Below, piece by piece: positions 24,001-34,874 of a stretch of 64,000 nt of DNA. Position 1 is the stretch's first letter; every line of letters begins with the position of its first letter. This DNA comes from Macrostomum lignano (taxonomy: Eukaryota). The DNA lies in NCBI GenBank assembly GCA_002269645.1, contig NIVC01000396.1, forward strand, positions 310,001-374,000, read 5' to 3'. Below the pieces are notes generated by a model, which saw nothing but the letters and a program-made list of their open reading frames with translations, was not told where the DNA came from and searched no databases. A program made the translations under genes and the position numbers.

Positions 24001-24803
24001 TCGTAGTACATTAGGAGATGGCAACAACCGAATGTCCCCATCTGCTGCGATTTCTGCCCTTACCCGCGTGGCACTTGAAGAGCAAACTCTTTTGGCCAAT
24101 TCAATACGTCGCTCCCCACATAGAGGACGTGCCTTGGTAGCATGCTTAGTAGGATTCGTTTTGACTTCAAGCGAACAGAGCAACCTGTTTCCAGAGTGGA
24201 GCACTTTCAAACGGAATAGGCCAGTGCAACCATCAACATTGCAGTAAACATCTGCAGATATGTAGCCTGCATTGTGCTTATGCCTGCGCATACACAGGGT
24301 GCACTTGAGTGATGAAGAGAACGACAAAAGAACATAGTCATGCCAGCTCTTTTTCAGATTGCCACTACCATAGAAAACGTGGTCAATGTCAACGAAGCTT
24401 TGGTGTAATTGCGTTTCAGCTGTTGTACTGCTGGAAGACCTGAAATCAAAACGAAGAAGACGAAATTATAGATGACTATGTCAAAGTTATAAGAAAAGCC
24501 AAAGTAAGAGCGCATCAAGAAAAGCAATACTTACGCTGTATTGCTCGGTATCTCACTCAAAGAATTTCCGGTGATGACAGCCTGAACTTCAGCGATGATT
24601 TTGCTTCTTCTGAATTTGTCATAGAGCCATCTGCGACTTGATTCGTTAGTGCCATCAAGACCAAGTAAATCAGCAAGTCTCTGAAGTATGCCATTCGCAT
24701 TACGCCAAGTAGGAATCCCAGCGGAAAACTCAGCAACATCAACCTGACCAGATACAATGACCTTCTTGATGTCTTCCAGGGTCACTGAACTAGTGAAATT
24801 CAT
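21056..24803 (-). pseudogene. NOF-like MULE transposase fused to a C-terminal USP/C19-like protease domain; 3 exons complement(join(21056..21230,21547..24439,24535..24803)) with two -1 frameshifts (~23666, ~23294)
   Basis: DDE-like motifs GMDSTG (~23783), TLDFNL (~23550) and HTELWMNIVK (~22837), plus YYHAVV and NPYFCP...PLWCGIML. Both introns have GTAAGT/GTGAGT donors and TTTCAG acceptors with matching phase 2. C-terminal NTCTVD and HWLATI...NYDD. Confidence 0.8.
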
Positions 24804-24884
24804 GGTTGGTGACAATATCGACAATCACTTGAAGGGCCTGAAATGGAATAATCATAAAGGCTTTGTATGCATCCTTGAGTGTCA

Positions 24885-25843
24885 ATATGATACACATCAC
24901 AGAAACATAAAACATGAATTATCGTTTTTATATGATATACATTACTCAGATATGAAAGGACATGAGTGGAAGTAGCAGATATTGACAAGAAACATGAAAA
25001 ACATGAATTATCATGTTTATATGATATACATTACTCAGATATGAAAGGACATGAGTGGAAGTAGCAGATATTGACAAGAAACATGAAAAACATGAATTAT
25101 CATGTTTATATGATATACATTACTCAGATATGAAAGGACATGAGTGGAAGTAGCAGATATTGACAAGAAACATGAAAAACATGAATTATCATGTTTATAT
25201 GATATACATTACTCAGATATGAAAGGACATGAGTGGAAGTAGCAGATATTGACAAGAAACATGAAAAACATGAATTATCATGTTTATATGATATACATTA
25301 CTCAGATATGAAAGGACATGAGTGGAAGTAGCAGATATTGACAAGAAACATGAAAAACATGAATTATCATGTTTATATGATATACATTACTTAGATATGA
25401 AAGGACATGAGTGGAAGTAGCAGATATTGACAAGAAACATGAAAAACATGAATTATCATGTTTATATGATATAAATTACTCAGATATGAAAGGACATGAG
25501 TGGAAGTAGCAGATATTAACAAGAAACATGAAAAACATGAATTATCATGTTTATATGATATACATTACTCAGATATGAAAGGACATGAGTGGAAGTAGCA
25601 GATATTGACAAGAAACATGAAAAACATGAATTATCATGTTTACATGATATACATTACTCAGATATGAAAGGACATGAGTGGAAGTAGCAGATATTGACAA
25701 GAAACATGAAAAACATGAATTATCATGTTTATATGATATACATTACTCAGATATGAAAGGACATGAGTGGAAGTAGCAGATATTGACAAGAAACATGAAA
25801 AACATGAATTATCATGTTTATATGAGATTATTTACTCAGATAT
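24885..25843. repeat. 89-bp tandem array, ~11 copies, inverted relative to 17114-18398
   Basis: Reverse complement of the left array unit. Confidence 0.95.
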
Positions 25844-26162
25844 AAAACTTAAAAAGGCACAAGTGGAACTAACATGGAAGCACTTGATGTTGAGTGTATA
25901 TTATACACAGAAACAGATTTTGTTTTTTGTGAATATGAGTTATCTATCAAATATATAATTTGGAGATTAATATAATTATTTTTGTTATTGATTTAAAGAA
26001 TACATTACATTCTAGACTTGTAACTCAAACAATTATATTAAAAATGAGCCATAGCTATATGTATGTTAATTAAAAAAAGACTAAAAGTTTTGCCTATTGA
26101 ACTTTTTTTTTCAAGTTAGCTAAGAATGAGTAAAAAAGAAGCATTCTAACTATATTGAAGCT

Positions 26163-27283
26163 AATGGTAATATTTAGCTTGTAAGGCCTAACTTGTAAAT
26201 AGAATAGAAACAGAAATAGAAAATAGAAAATAGATTGTAAATAGGCCCTAGCTACTAGAATTTTGTATTTTTAAATATCAATAGCTAGTCTAGCTATTAG
26301 GCCTAGTATTATTATTACTTTGTTAATTGTATAGAAAAGTGACAATAAAGTTGGATTTAATATAAAGCTCCTCTAGTTGCATGCATCATATTCTGAATAA
26401 ATTTGAGTCATACATGACATAATTCATAAGAAGGTGCATATGTAGAATTCTGTATGTATAGCCATAGCTAGCTATTATTGTTTGAAATATTAGTGTTACT
26501 GAGTGTTAATATACATAGACATATATATAGATTATAGAATATATTGAGTGATTTGATTACAATCTTAAAGTGACAATTGTCATGCCAGTTTTTAATATTT
26601 CTAAAGGACACATACAATTACATATCCATCAACATGGGCATTGTCACATTGATAGTAATTTATGAATTGGTCCATTAGTCTATTAGTAGACAAGCACTTT
26701 GCAACAAGTTAGAATTTAATTTTTTACGATTGCAAAGTCGTAATCTCGACTGTAAGTCGTAATGACTGGTGTCTGAGTGACAATCAAGTTATTTCACTTC
26801 GCCACTCAGTTGGAAATTGTGGGGCATGTACAGAAATTTACTTATACAGTAAAATTTTGACCCTGCTTCTTTTTACCGCATTGGGGCATTAGCCGCTAGT
26901 CAAGAAAATGGTTGGGGCACGCTTTTACCTATTGGAATGCTGAATTTCAAACTAAAGGTCACACTACTCTAAGAAATAAAAGCCAATGAACCAAAGTTTA
27001 TTGTGCATATTAAAGATAAGACTTGCATCTAATTTTTTTTCCATTTGGGGCACAATTATACTGCGCCAATACAGAGCAATTCTCTAGCCCCCTTCCAGCC
27101 GCCCTTCAGCCGCCCTAAAGCCAACTTTCACTGCCAGATTTTCATAGAAACAGCATCAACCATGCGAAACATGTTTTGGGGTAATCAATTAAGAGCATAT
27201 GTGATTCATTTTTATAAAAATTACACCTGGGGCACTCATTTAAAATTTCGGTGCGGCTGGAAGGCGGCTACGGACATGTCAGT
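26163..27283 (-). repeat. Right 1121-bp TIR of the Foldback/NOF-like element
   Basis: Ends GGACATGTCAGT followed by the 9-bp TSD. Confidence 0.93.
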
Positions 27284-29774
27284 GCGTTCGAGTGGCTTAA
27301 AATAAGTTAAAATAAGTTTAAGCGCCATTTTAACGTCCTCAGTAAAACAAAACAAATGACAAGATTTCATTTTAAAAAACCGGTAAGTATCTGTACACAA
27401 TGTTTTAAGGGTTATAAAAATCTAGTTTAAAATTTTAAATGGGTAGATAGTCAGTCTAAACCTGTTTTTTACATTTTCAGACGGTAATTTATAACAAATC
27501 GTTAAGTGAGAAATATTTGTCAATGCTGCTTCAGTAAATTGCTTTTTACTAGTGTTGTTCTTTTAGTGTGAATATTCATTTTAACAATAGTAAATATCAG
27601 TTTAAATTACTCTATCGATAGGTGTGATGAAGTCTAGCTGGCAGTGCATTCTTCGAGCACGCGGTGCCCGAAAGAATAAGTGGTAAAATTATATCCGAGC
27701 TTTCAATTATAAGTATTCACTGATTGAATAATGTGCATATTGGAAGCAGCTTTACATGTAATTATGTATAGTAGCTGGCATGGTAAAGCTGTCTTATATC
27801 GCTTCTTTTGACTTAATGCCAGAATATGTTTACACAAGGCAGCAACTGAATATCTTCAGTAAAAGGAAAAATACGAGTTGCGAGTCTATGTGATAAACAA
27901 ATATACCTGGCTTATGCATCAACTCCTAGTCCCCATGCATGCAATCTACTTTTTTGTTCTGTTGATGGTTCTCTGAATTATTTACTAATGATGAGAATGT
28001 GCCTTATTATTCAATATTCCTTTATTTTTTAAATCAATATTAACCTTCCTCCCAACCCAAACTGTCATTCTCAATTTTTACTGCTTTTAATTTCTACTTT
28101 TACTTATTAACTCGTAAATATAATGTATACTATGTACACACTGCTAAAATTAGTAGTGTAAAAATCCACCAAAAATTAATTTCTAAGTCCATTTTAAATA
28201 AAATTAAATACACATCGTAGAAGATTATTTACATGTCTATTTCTTACTGTGATTGCAAGATGTGCTGAAAGGATGCTTATTATTTTCATTTTTTCTTATA
28301 TAATCGCCTGGGCCTGGCTTCCTACAGCTAGAGTTGTAACTTTACTGGGTATGGGGGCACACCAAAGTACTTTTGACATTTGTACTTTATTTTTCAACTC
28401 AATAGCTAAGCAGATGAAGGCATGAAGAGTGTACATTAATTTTTTAGCTGGAGAATGGCAAGGTGTATAGTGATAAAATACAGAATGAAATCGTGTCTTC
28501 TAGTTTATTCCAGGACCAATAGTCGAGTTTCATTTACTTGTACCATATAAGAAAGCATCAATTAGCGAGTAGAGACCCAAACATCTGATCTATACTAATA
28601 TTTGCAATCAATGATCGTGTAGGTTGAGAAAAAAATTAACTGCTGTGTTTTAATGTCCACGTGGACTTCATCACACCTATCGATAAAGTAATTTAAACTG
28701 ATATTTACTATTGTTAAAATGAATATTCACACTAAAAGAACAACACTAGTAGAAAGCAATTTACTGAAGCAGCATTGAGAAATATTTCTCACTTAACGAT
28801 TTGTTATAAATTACCGTCTCAAAATGTAGAAAACAGGTTTAGACTGACTATCTACCCATTTAAAATTTTAAACTAGGTTTTTATAACCCTTAAAACATTG
28901 TTTAAAGATACTTACCGGTTTTTTAAAATGAAATCTTGTCATTTGTTTTGTTTTACTGAGGACGTTAAAATGGCGCTTAAACTCATTTTAAGTCATTTTA
29001 ACCTTTTTTAAGCCACTCGAACGCCCCAAAGTTTGTTCCTATCTCCTTACTTAGTGTATTATTATGCAACTCAACAAAACGGCTTAAAATACATGCAGAG
29101 CTACGAAACTTTATTTTTCTCTTGACGCATGCGAGATGCGTTGGCAAGTCAAAAATCAGCACCCTAGCTTAAAGTCTACGAGTTATTCACCTGCAAACTG
29201 TTCCTATCTCCATAGTGTATTTTGGGGGTCCAGCTTGAGTCTTGACATTCTTTCTTTCCTTCATGACTGCGTGCACAAACTCACCTAACTTCCATCTTTG
29301 GTGAGGTCTAAAAATTGCCACTAAATATCTTTACGTTATTACTTTAGACGCTTACCCTACTCTCCTTGCATGGATAAATCATGGATGAAGCATCCATGAT
29401 GCCATGTATGGATCATACCTGAACATGTATGGAGCCATACCTGATCATACATGGTTCCACGTAAACTTCATCCATGGTTACTTTCCATCCATGTACATTG
29501 ATGTATGATTTTAAATATAATTTTCCTTACTACACTACTGTTAGTAGAACGCAATGTTTGCGTAGGTTCATTTTAAAGCTGAAATTTTCTAAACAAATTC
29601 GGCAGCATCTTTAGTGCTGCTGAGAAATATGTTTCCATTCCCTTATAAATCACTTTCAAAACAAAAAAGTATCAGAACAAATACTTATGCAATTAAATGT
29701 AGAAGTAATTGAAAACTCGTATGATGACCATTTCGAGACTTATATTATTAATGATAATTAGGCATAATTCATTT

Positions 29775-30245
29775 CAAAGTACTGTAAGAAAAAATAAGAC
29801 AGCTCAGTCTCAGAGAGCTTTAAAATACAGAATGGACAGAATTTGACGCATTTCAAGGTACTGTAAGAAAAAATAAGACAGCTCAGAGAGCTTTAAAATA
29901 CAGAATAGACAGAATTTGACGCATTTCAAGGTACTGTAAGAAAAAATAAAACAGCTCAGAGAGCTTTAAAATACAGAATAGACAGAATTTGACGCATTTC
30001 AAGGTACTGTAAGAAAAAATAAAACAGCTCAGAGAGCTTTAAAATACAGAATAGACAGAATTTGACGCATTTCAAGGTACTGTAAGAAAAATAAAACAGC
30101 TCAGAGAGCTTTAAGATACAGAATAGACAGAATTTGACGCATTTCAAGGTACTGTAAGAAAAAATAAAACAGCTCAGAGAGCTTTAAGATACAGAATAGA
30201 CAGAATTTGACGCATTTCAAGGTACTGTAAGAAAAAATAAAACAG
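29775..30245. repeat. ~73-bp tandem repeat, ~6 copies, inside the EnSpm element
   Basis: GACGCATTTC recurs at 29991, 30064, 30136 and 30209. Confidence 0.92.
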
Positions 30246-30574
30246 TAAATTTTACTGAACAGTCAATAAATAGAATTAGCCGAATTCGGTACGCATTAAG
30301 GGCAAGGGCCGACTAATCCTTTACGAAACGAAGTTAATGCTGCATTAGTCAATTATTTGCGCACAGAAACTTGGAGATTTTGAATATGGAGAGATCGGAC
30401 AAAGAGAGGTAACGGTGGGAGTCTGAGAGGGAGGAAGTTGGGCATCTGGAAAGTTATTCTGATTCCCTGATGGTTTTATCTTGGTCATGGAGCATAATTT
30501 TATTTTCTGCCAGACTTTGCAGCATTAATAATAAAATAATCGGATCTAAGGTACGGACACATACTCGTACCTTT

Positions 30575-32875
30575 TTAATCATGTTCAAACTCTTTGAACA
30601 ATGGCACAGCGCAATAACAGTCTTTGCTGAACGATTCTACTGGAACAGCGATGCAGGGTCGATCGACCTCTGAAAAATTAACTATACGTTCGCGTCTGGC
30701 CGATCTGGGCGCATTAGACAGGGATATCAATACAAAATTGAATGTCGAAGACTTTTTGAACATGGATTCCAGCAATGCTTTCCAATTAAGTAAATCGATG
30801 GGGAAAGTTGCTGCTGGTACTCGTAAAACAAAATCAAACAGCGAACCAATGGGATCCAAAATTTGCACTCGAATAGTATTAGGCTCGAGGAACTCTGCAA
30901 TAGTGCAGATTTCGCCGGACTTCAATTGGCAAAGATGGTTAGAATTTTTCGACGCACAAGCTGAGCTTGTCGAGAAAAAATGTCCATTAAAATAAGCAAG
31001 TGAGTTTCGAAGAATACCATGTGGCCTGGATGGCTCTAAAGATATAGAGTTAACTGCATCCACTACAATAGAGTCCTTAACACAAGAAAAGTAGTGATGT
31101 AGCAACTTTTGAAACAAAAACTTGCGAACAAGCTGTGGGCCAAATGACACAGTTCCGCATAAGAACTTTTTGAACATGCCAATGGAGCTCTCAAATGCGA
31201 ACATAGAATAATTAAATACAGGTCCGTACAATTCGTACTGTTCAGCCATATGCAAAAGCAGGTGGAAATTAAGGCGGAGTACTTTCGGTCCGAATATTTG
31301 CTGAGCATTGGAGATAAAAGCTTTGCATAGCTTTTCGATATCAGTCTTATTTGATTGGGGGCTATACAACATGTGATAAATAAGAACTAAATTAGTTAAC
31401 AGCAGTTTCAATGGAAAATGCGAAATTCTCTGCAAAAACGTAGGAAGAAGAAAGTATAGCGCAAAGTTTTTAAAATGCTTTGCTTTCCAATCTGAAAAGC
31501 CTTTAAAATTTGTGTTGATTGTGATGCTAGAAGGAGTTATAGATTGACGAATACAATTAGATATGAAATCCATGCAATTAGCTGAGCAAAAATACAACTC
31601 GCGCCTGTTTGCAGGTAATGACAGCTCTTCTAGTAGATACTTGGTGTGGCCTTCGAAAAAGCAGTGTAAACTGTCAATAGGATTGCAGCTGGGAAACGGA
31701 ACATAGTCTAACAAGCAACTGCGCATCTTTACGCCAAAAACAGGCCGATTTCGAATTTGTGCGAGCCGACAGTGTTCAAGATGGGAAGATGGGTTTCTCA
31801 AAGGAAACAAGTAGCCTTCACCATAGCGGAAGATCCAGTTTTTACCTTTCTCGGATACTTTAAAGCTCTCACCTGGGTGCAAGCACCTAGGACAGCTAAA
31901 CGCACCATTGTACTGGTGAATGCAGAAGAGCTTAGCAAGAGCGGGCAAGTCACAAACAAAGAGTGTGTAATGGACATGAACGGTGTATTCCGAGAATATA
32001 AACTGTTTTGGCAAATTGTTCATAATTTCAGACAGAAAAGACTGGAAATGCGGGACTGCCTTCGATGAAACAAGAGCAATTAGAATTAAATTTGCAAAGC
32101 GTTGACGGATGTAAACAGGAAGGTTTAGAAGTTGAGCCTGAAATGGCCAAAAGCTACTCTGAACAGATTCAAAAAAATTGGCGCCATCAGCTGAGATTAG
32201 AAGATGCAAGTGAAGCGACTTGCCAGAAGATAGGCTTAAGCCTTGTTCTTTAACTATTTTGGAATTCAAAACGTCTGTGTTTTTATCCTTTTGCAATTCT
32301 TGCTCATACTGCAGAATAGTTGAAGTGTGGCTGCTTAAGATAGTCCGCAGCTGTGGAACAATATTGAGCTGTGTCACAGCAACCTTTGACTTTGGGGAAT
32401 GAACCTGACACTGGCTTTTGCATTCTGGGCAAAAGCCAAATTCAGACACGTCACTATCATCAAGAGGGCAAGTATCTTGAATCAATGATTTGAGCAACTT
32501 GACGCTATTTGGAAGAGCTAGAGAATCTCTACTAAAAATAGAAAGTAGCTTCAGGAGTCTATCAAGAGCAGCCTCTGAAACTCCGGAAGTAATTGCCCAC
32601 TGAAAAATCAGAGCCGCCTGCACACTGGGATCTGAGATGGAAGCCAAATTCGCTAAGCTATCTGAACTCTCCTCAAGCACAGGCACAGCATTGTTTTCAC
32701 CAATAAAAGTTTCCACAGCGTCAGGACAGCTGTGCGAGTGCGTTACACCGGCTTCGCTTGAAATTGAACTCCTATTACTTGTAGAAAAACTATTTGAGGG
32801 AGAAGAAATCGCCTGACAAGAGTAGGCTGAGTAATTAGTAGAAAGAGAGTGCTCAGATTCTGATTTACTAGACAT
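30575..32875 (-). CDS. EnSpm/CACTA Tnp2-family transposase, 766 aa, uninterrupted
   Basis: Motifs LISADGA...SFWP, LNLP..RQ..NLIL, CDLPALAK, NGAFSCPRC, IDSLHCFFEG, WKAKHFKNF and NFHLLLH...YGP....SMFAFES are characteristic of CACTA transposases. Confidence 0.92.
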   Translation of the reverse strand: MSSKSESEHSLSTNYSAYSCQAISSPSNSFSTSNRSSISSEAGVTHSHSCPDAVETFIGENNAVPVLEESSDSLANLASISDPSVQAALIFQWAITSGVSEAALDRLLKLLSIFSRDSLALPNSVKLLKSLIQDTCPLDDSDVSEFGFCPECKSQCQVHSPKSKVAVTQLNIVPQLRTILSSHTSTILQYEQELQKDKNTDVLNSKIVKEQGLSLSSGKSLHLHLLISADGANFFESVQSSFWPFQAQLLNLPVYIRQRFANLILIALVSSKAVPHFQSFLSEIMNNLPKQFIFSEYTVHVHYTLFVCDLPALAKLFCIHQYNGAFSCPRCLHPGESFKVSEKGKNWIFRYGEGYLFPLRNPSSHLEHCRLAQIRNRPVFGVKMRSCLLDYVPFPSCNPIDSLHCFFEGHTKYLLEELSLPANRRELYFCSANCMDFISNCIRQSITPSSITINTNFKGFSDWKAKHFKNFALYFLLPTFLQRISHFPLKLLLTNLVLIYHMLYSPQSNKTDIEKLCKAFISNAQQIFGPKVLRLNFHLLLHMAEQYELYGPVFNYSMFAFESSIGMFKKFLCGTVSFGPQLVRKFLFQKLLHHYFSCVKDSIVVDAVNSISLEPSRPHGILRNSLAYFNGHFFSTSSACASKNSNHLCQLKSGEICTIAEFLEPNTIRVQILDPIGSLFDFVLRVPAATFPIDLLNWKALLESMFKKSSTFNFVLISLSNAPRSARRERIVNFSEVDRPCIAVPVESFSKDCYCAVPLFKEFEHD

Positions 32876-32924
32876 AAAAATAGCAATTCAAATATTCAAA
32901 AGTTACTAGAATTTTTTCCGCAAT

Positions 32925-34874
32925 TCACGGTCCCATTCGCCTTGAGCGGGAAATGGAATCCCCTGACTCGGGTCCAGAAGCAGCAGTTGAAGTTCGCTTT
33001 CTCGCCCGTGTCTCCTCCCTGGCCAGCTGATTGAGATGGTCTCGTACAGACTTCCAGATTTCGTGGAAGTCGTAGCCAGATGTTCGATAGCACAATTGAA
33101 GCAAACCTGAAAATTCACGAGTATAGTAAAATATTTTTACAATAGACATTGTGTACTGTGTTTATAGTAGAAATAGGCTAAATTTAAAAGGAAGTTGATT
33201 TATGATGCTAATCATTAAATAGGTCAATGGGATGTATTGAACTTTAGAACTATTTTTCCTCAATTTCTTTTATCTCAGACCTAAATGTGTTTTTTTAGAA
33301 AATATCCCAAGTATTGGATTCAGATCATTTAGCATTAATTAGCCTAAATTGCTTTATAATAAAAAAATTGCACAAAACTGTGAAAAAATTATATATATAT
33401 ATTTACGTTGAAACTCTGTCACATGCTCAGATGGAGCAGGCCTTCGGGAACTGCGAGCACCACAGGATGAATCGATTATATGCTCAAGCAAGTAGCCTTC
33501 GCCAAATCGCAGCTTGATATACCTTCGGAGGAACACCTTAGGATCGTTGCAAAGAATTGAAGACAGCTCAGCTAGGGAACCATCAATGCACCTAAATTCC
33601 TAAAAAATGTTATTATATAGTAGAACTTTTATACTACAGACGTGATGCTGCTGATGCTAAGAAAAAACTGACATACCTCATTTTGGTATTCTTTAATTGT
33701 TAGCATTCCACCAAAGTTGTCATCCTTTTTTAAAAGTCGGCATATCCTTGCAGCAAGACGCTTCTCAAGAGAAAGCAACTCGGATTGAATGAACAGTTTT
33801 AGATCTAGAGTAAGATATATGCTCATATATAAAAATATGGTGATTTTGATTTTTAATAATGTGATTGTATCATATTAAAAAAATAAAATTATACCTTTCA
33901 TTGTTGCATCCGATTCACTGTTTACTATCTGTACCCCTCGGAGGGGTTGCACTTCTTGAATTGCACCTAGTGATAAAAAAGGCTTATTGCTACAAAAATA
34001 TTGACTCATTTGGTATTTGGTTTTCAATTAGGTGTAATAGAATATACAAACTTGATTCCAAGAGGCCTGTGGCACAGCTTGCTCATTTTCAACCAAAGAT
34101 GCCTCTCTCTCAAATGCAGAAATGGCTTTTTCTAAAAAATAATAATTAATCAAATAATACAACAAAAAAAACAAATTGCAAACAATTAATAGTTCATATA
34201 TATTGCAGTTTTACCCATTGATTGAGTAGCTGGTATCGCCAAATTTGGTTCGCCACTTTCACTATCCACTTCATAAAGCTCGTCAAGTAGTCCATGCTGA
34301 TGACAACTAGAACTTGAAGCAACCTGCTTTGAACTAGATGACCTTATTGTCCTTACATTTGCAATGCCAGCTTGGGGATCTTTCATTGCAAAAAGCTCAA
34401 TAGCTTGGCTAATCAATGAATCAGTATTTTCAGCCTCACTAACCAAGTTGGAAAGTTGGTTCATAGTTGAAGCCATTTGCCTTTCACTACCTTTTGCCAC
34501 AAGTGTAGCAGAAAATAGTTTGCCATACATGCGTAAAAAGACTTTAGTCCCCTAAAATATAATTTAATAAAGTAATATTACATTTGTAGTTGGAATAATT
34601 TGTTTTAGAAACCATGTACTCAATAACAAAATATTATGCATATAAATCCAACTTAAAATCTTACTTGTGCAAGTTCCAACTTTTCATCATTAGTTATTGT
34701 ACTTGGCCAATAGGGAGACCCAAATGCAATGGTCACATATTGCTCATCATGGCCAACATTGTGAAGAATAAAGCAGAAAAACAATGCTGAATTGTCATTT
34801 CCAAATTTAGAAGTACTTTTTGTCTGCTTTCGAAGAGGCCTAGAATTAGATGCACTTAATCCAATATCATCCAT
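32925..34874 (-). CDS. EnSpm accessory gene, ~349 aa, 5 exons complement(join(32925..33106,33407..33599,33677..33804,34215..34551,34665..34874)); C-terminal BEN-like domain
   Basis: Four GT-AG introns with consistent phases (0,1,0,1) join five short ORFs into 1050 nt without a stop. The C-terminus DPKVFLRRYIKLRFGEGYLLEH...EIWKSVRDHLNQLAREETRARK resembles BEN domains. The start codon is uncertain. Confidence 0.65.

Larger units (their letters stand above)
15983..27283 (-). mobile_element. Foldback/NOF-like Mutator (MULE) transposon, 11.3 kb
   Basis: 9-bp TSD GCGTTCGAG at 15974-15982 and 27284-27292; near-identical 1121-bp TIRs beginning ACTGACATGTCC; inverted satellite arrays inside the TIRs; internal NOF-like transposase gene. 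Confidence 0.9.
15971..29027. mobile_element. Non-autonomous TIR element (~1.75 kb when de-nested, ~355-bp TIRs) interrupted 12 bp inside its left end by the Foldback/NOF element
   Basis: Removing 15983-27292 rejoins GGTGCGTTCGAG-TGGCTTAA..., the inverted match of ...TTAAGCCACTCGAACGCCCC ending at 29027. Inverted homology spans 27293-27634 vs 28664-29015. Flanks give AAAG (or AAA) as a possible short TSD; superfamily unresolved. Confidence 0.8.
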
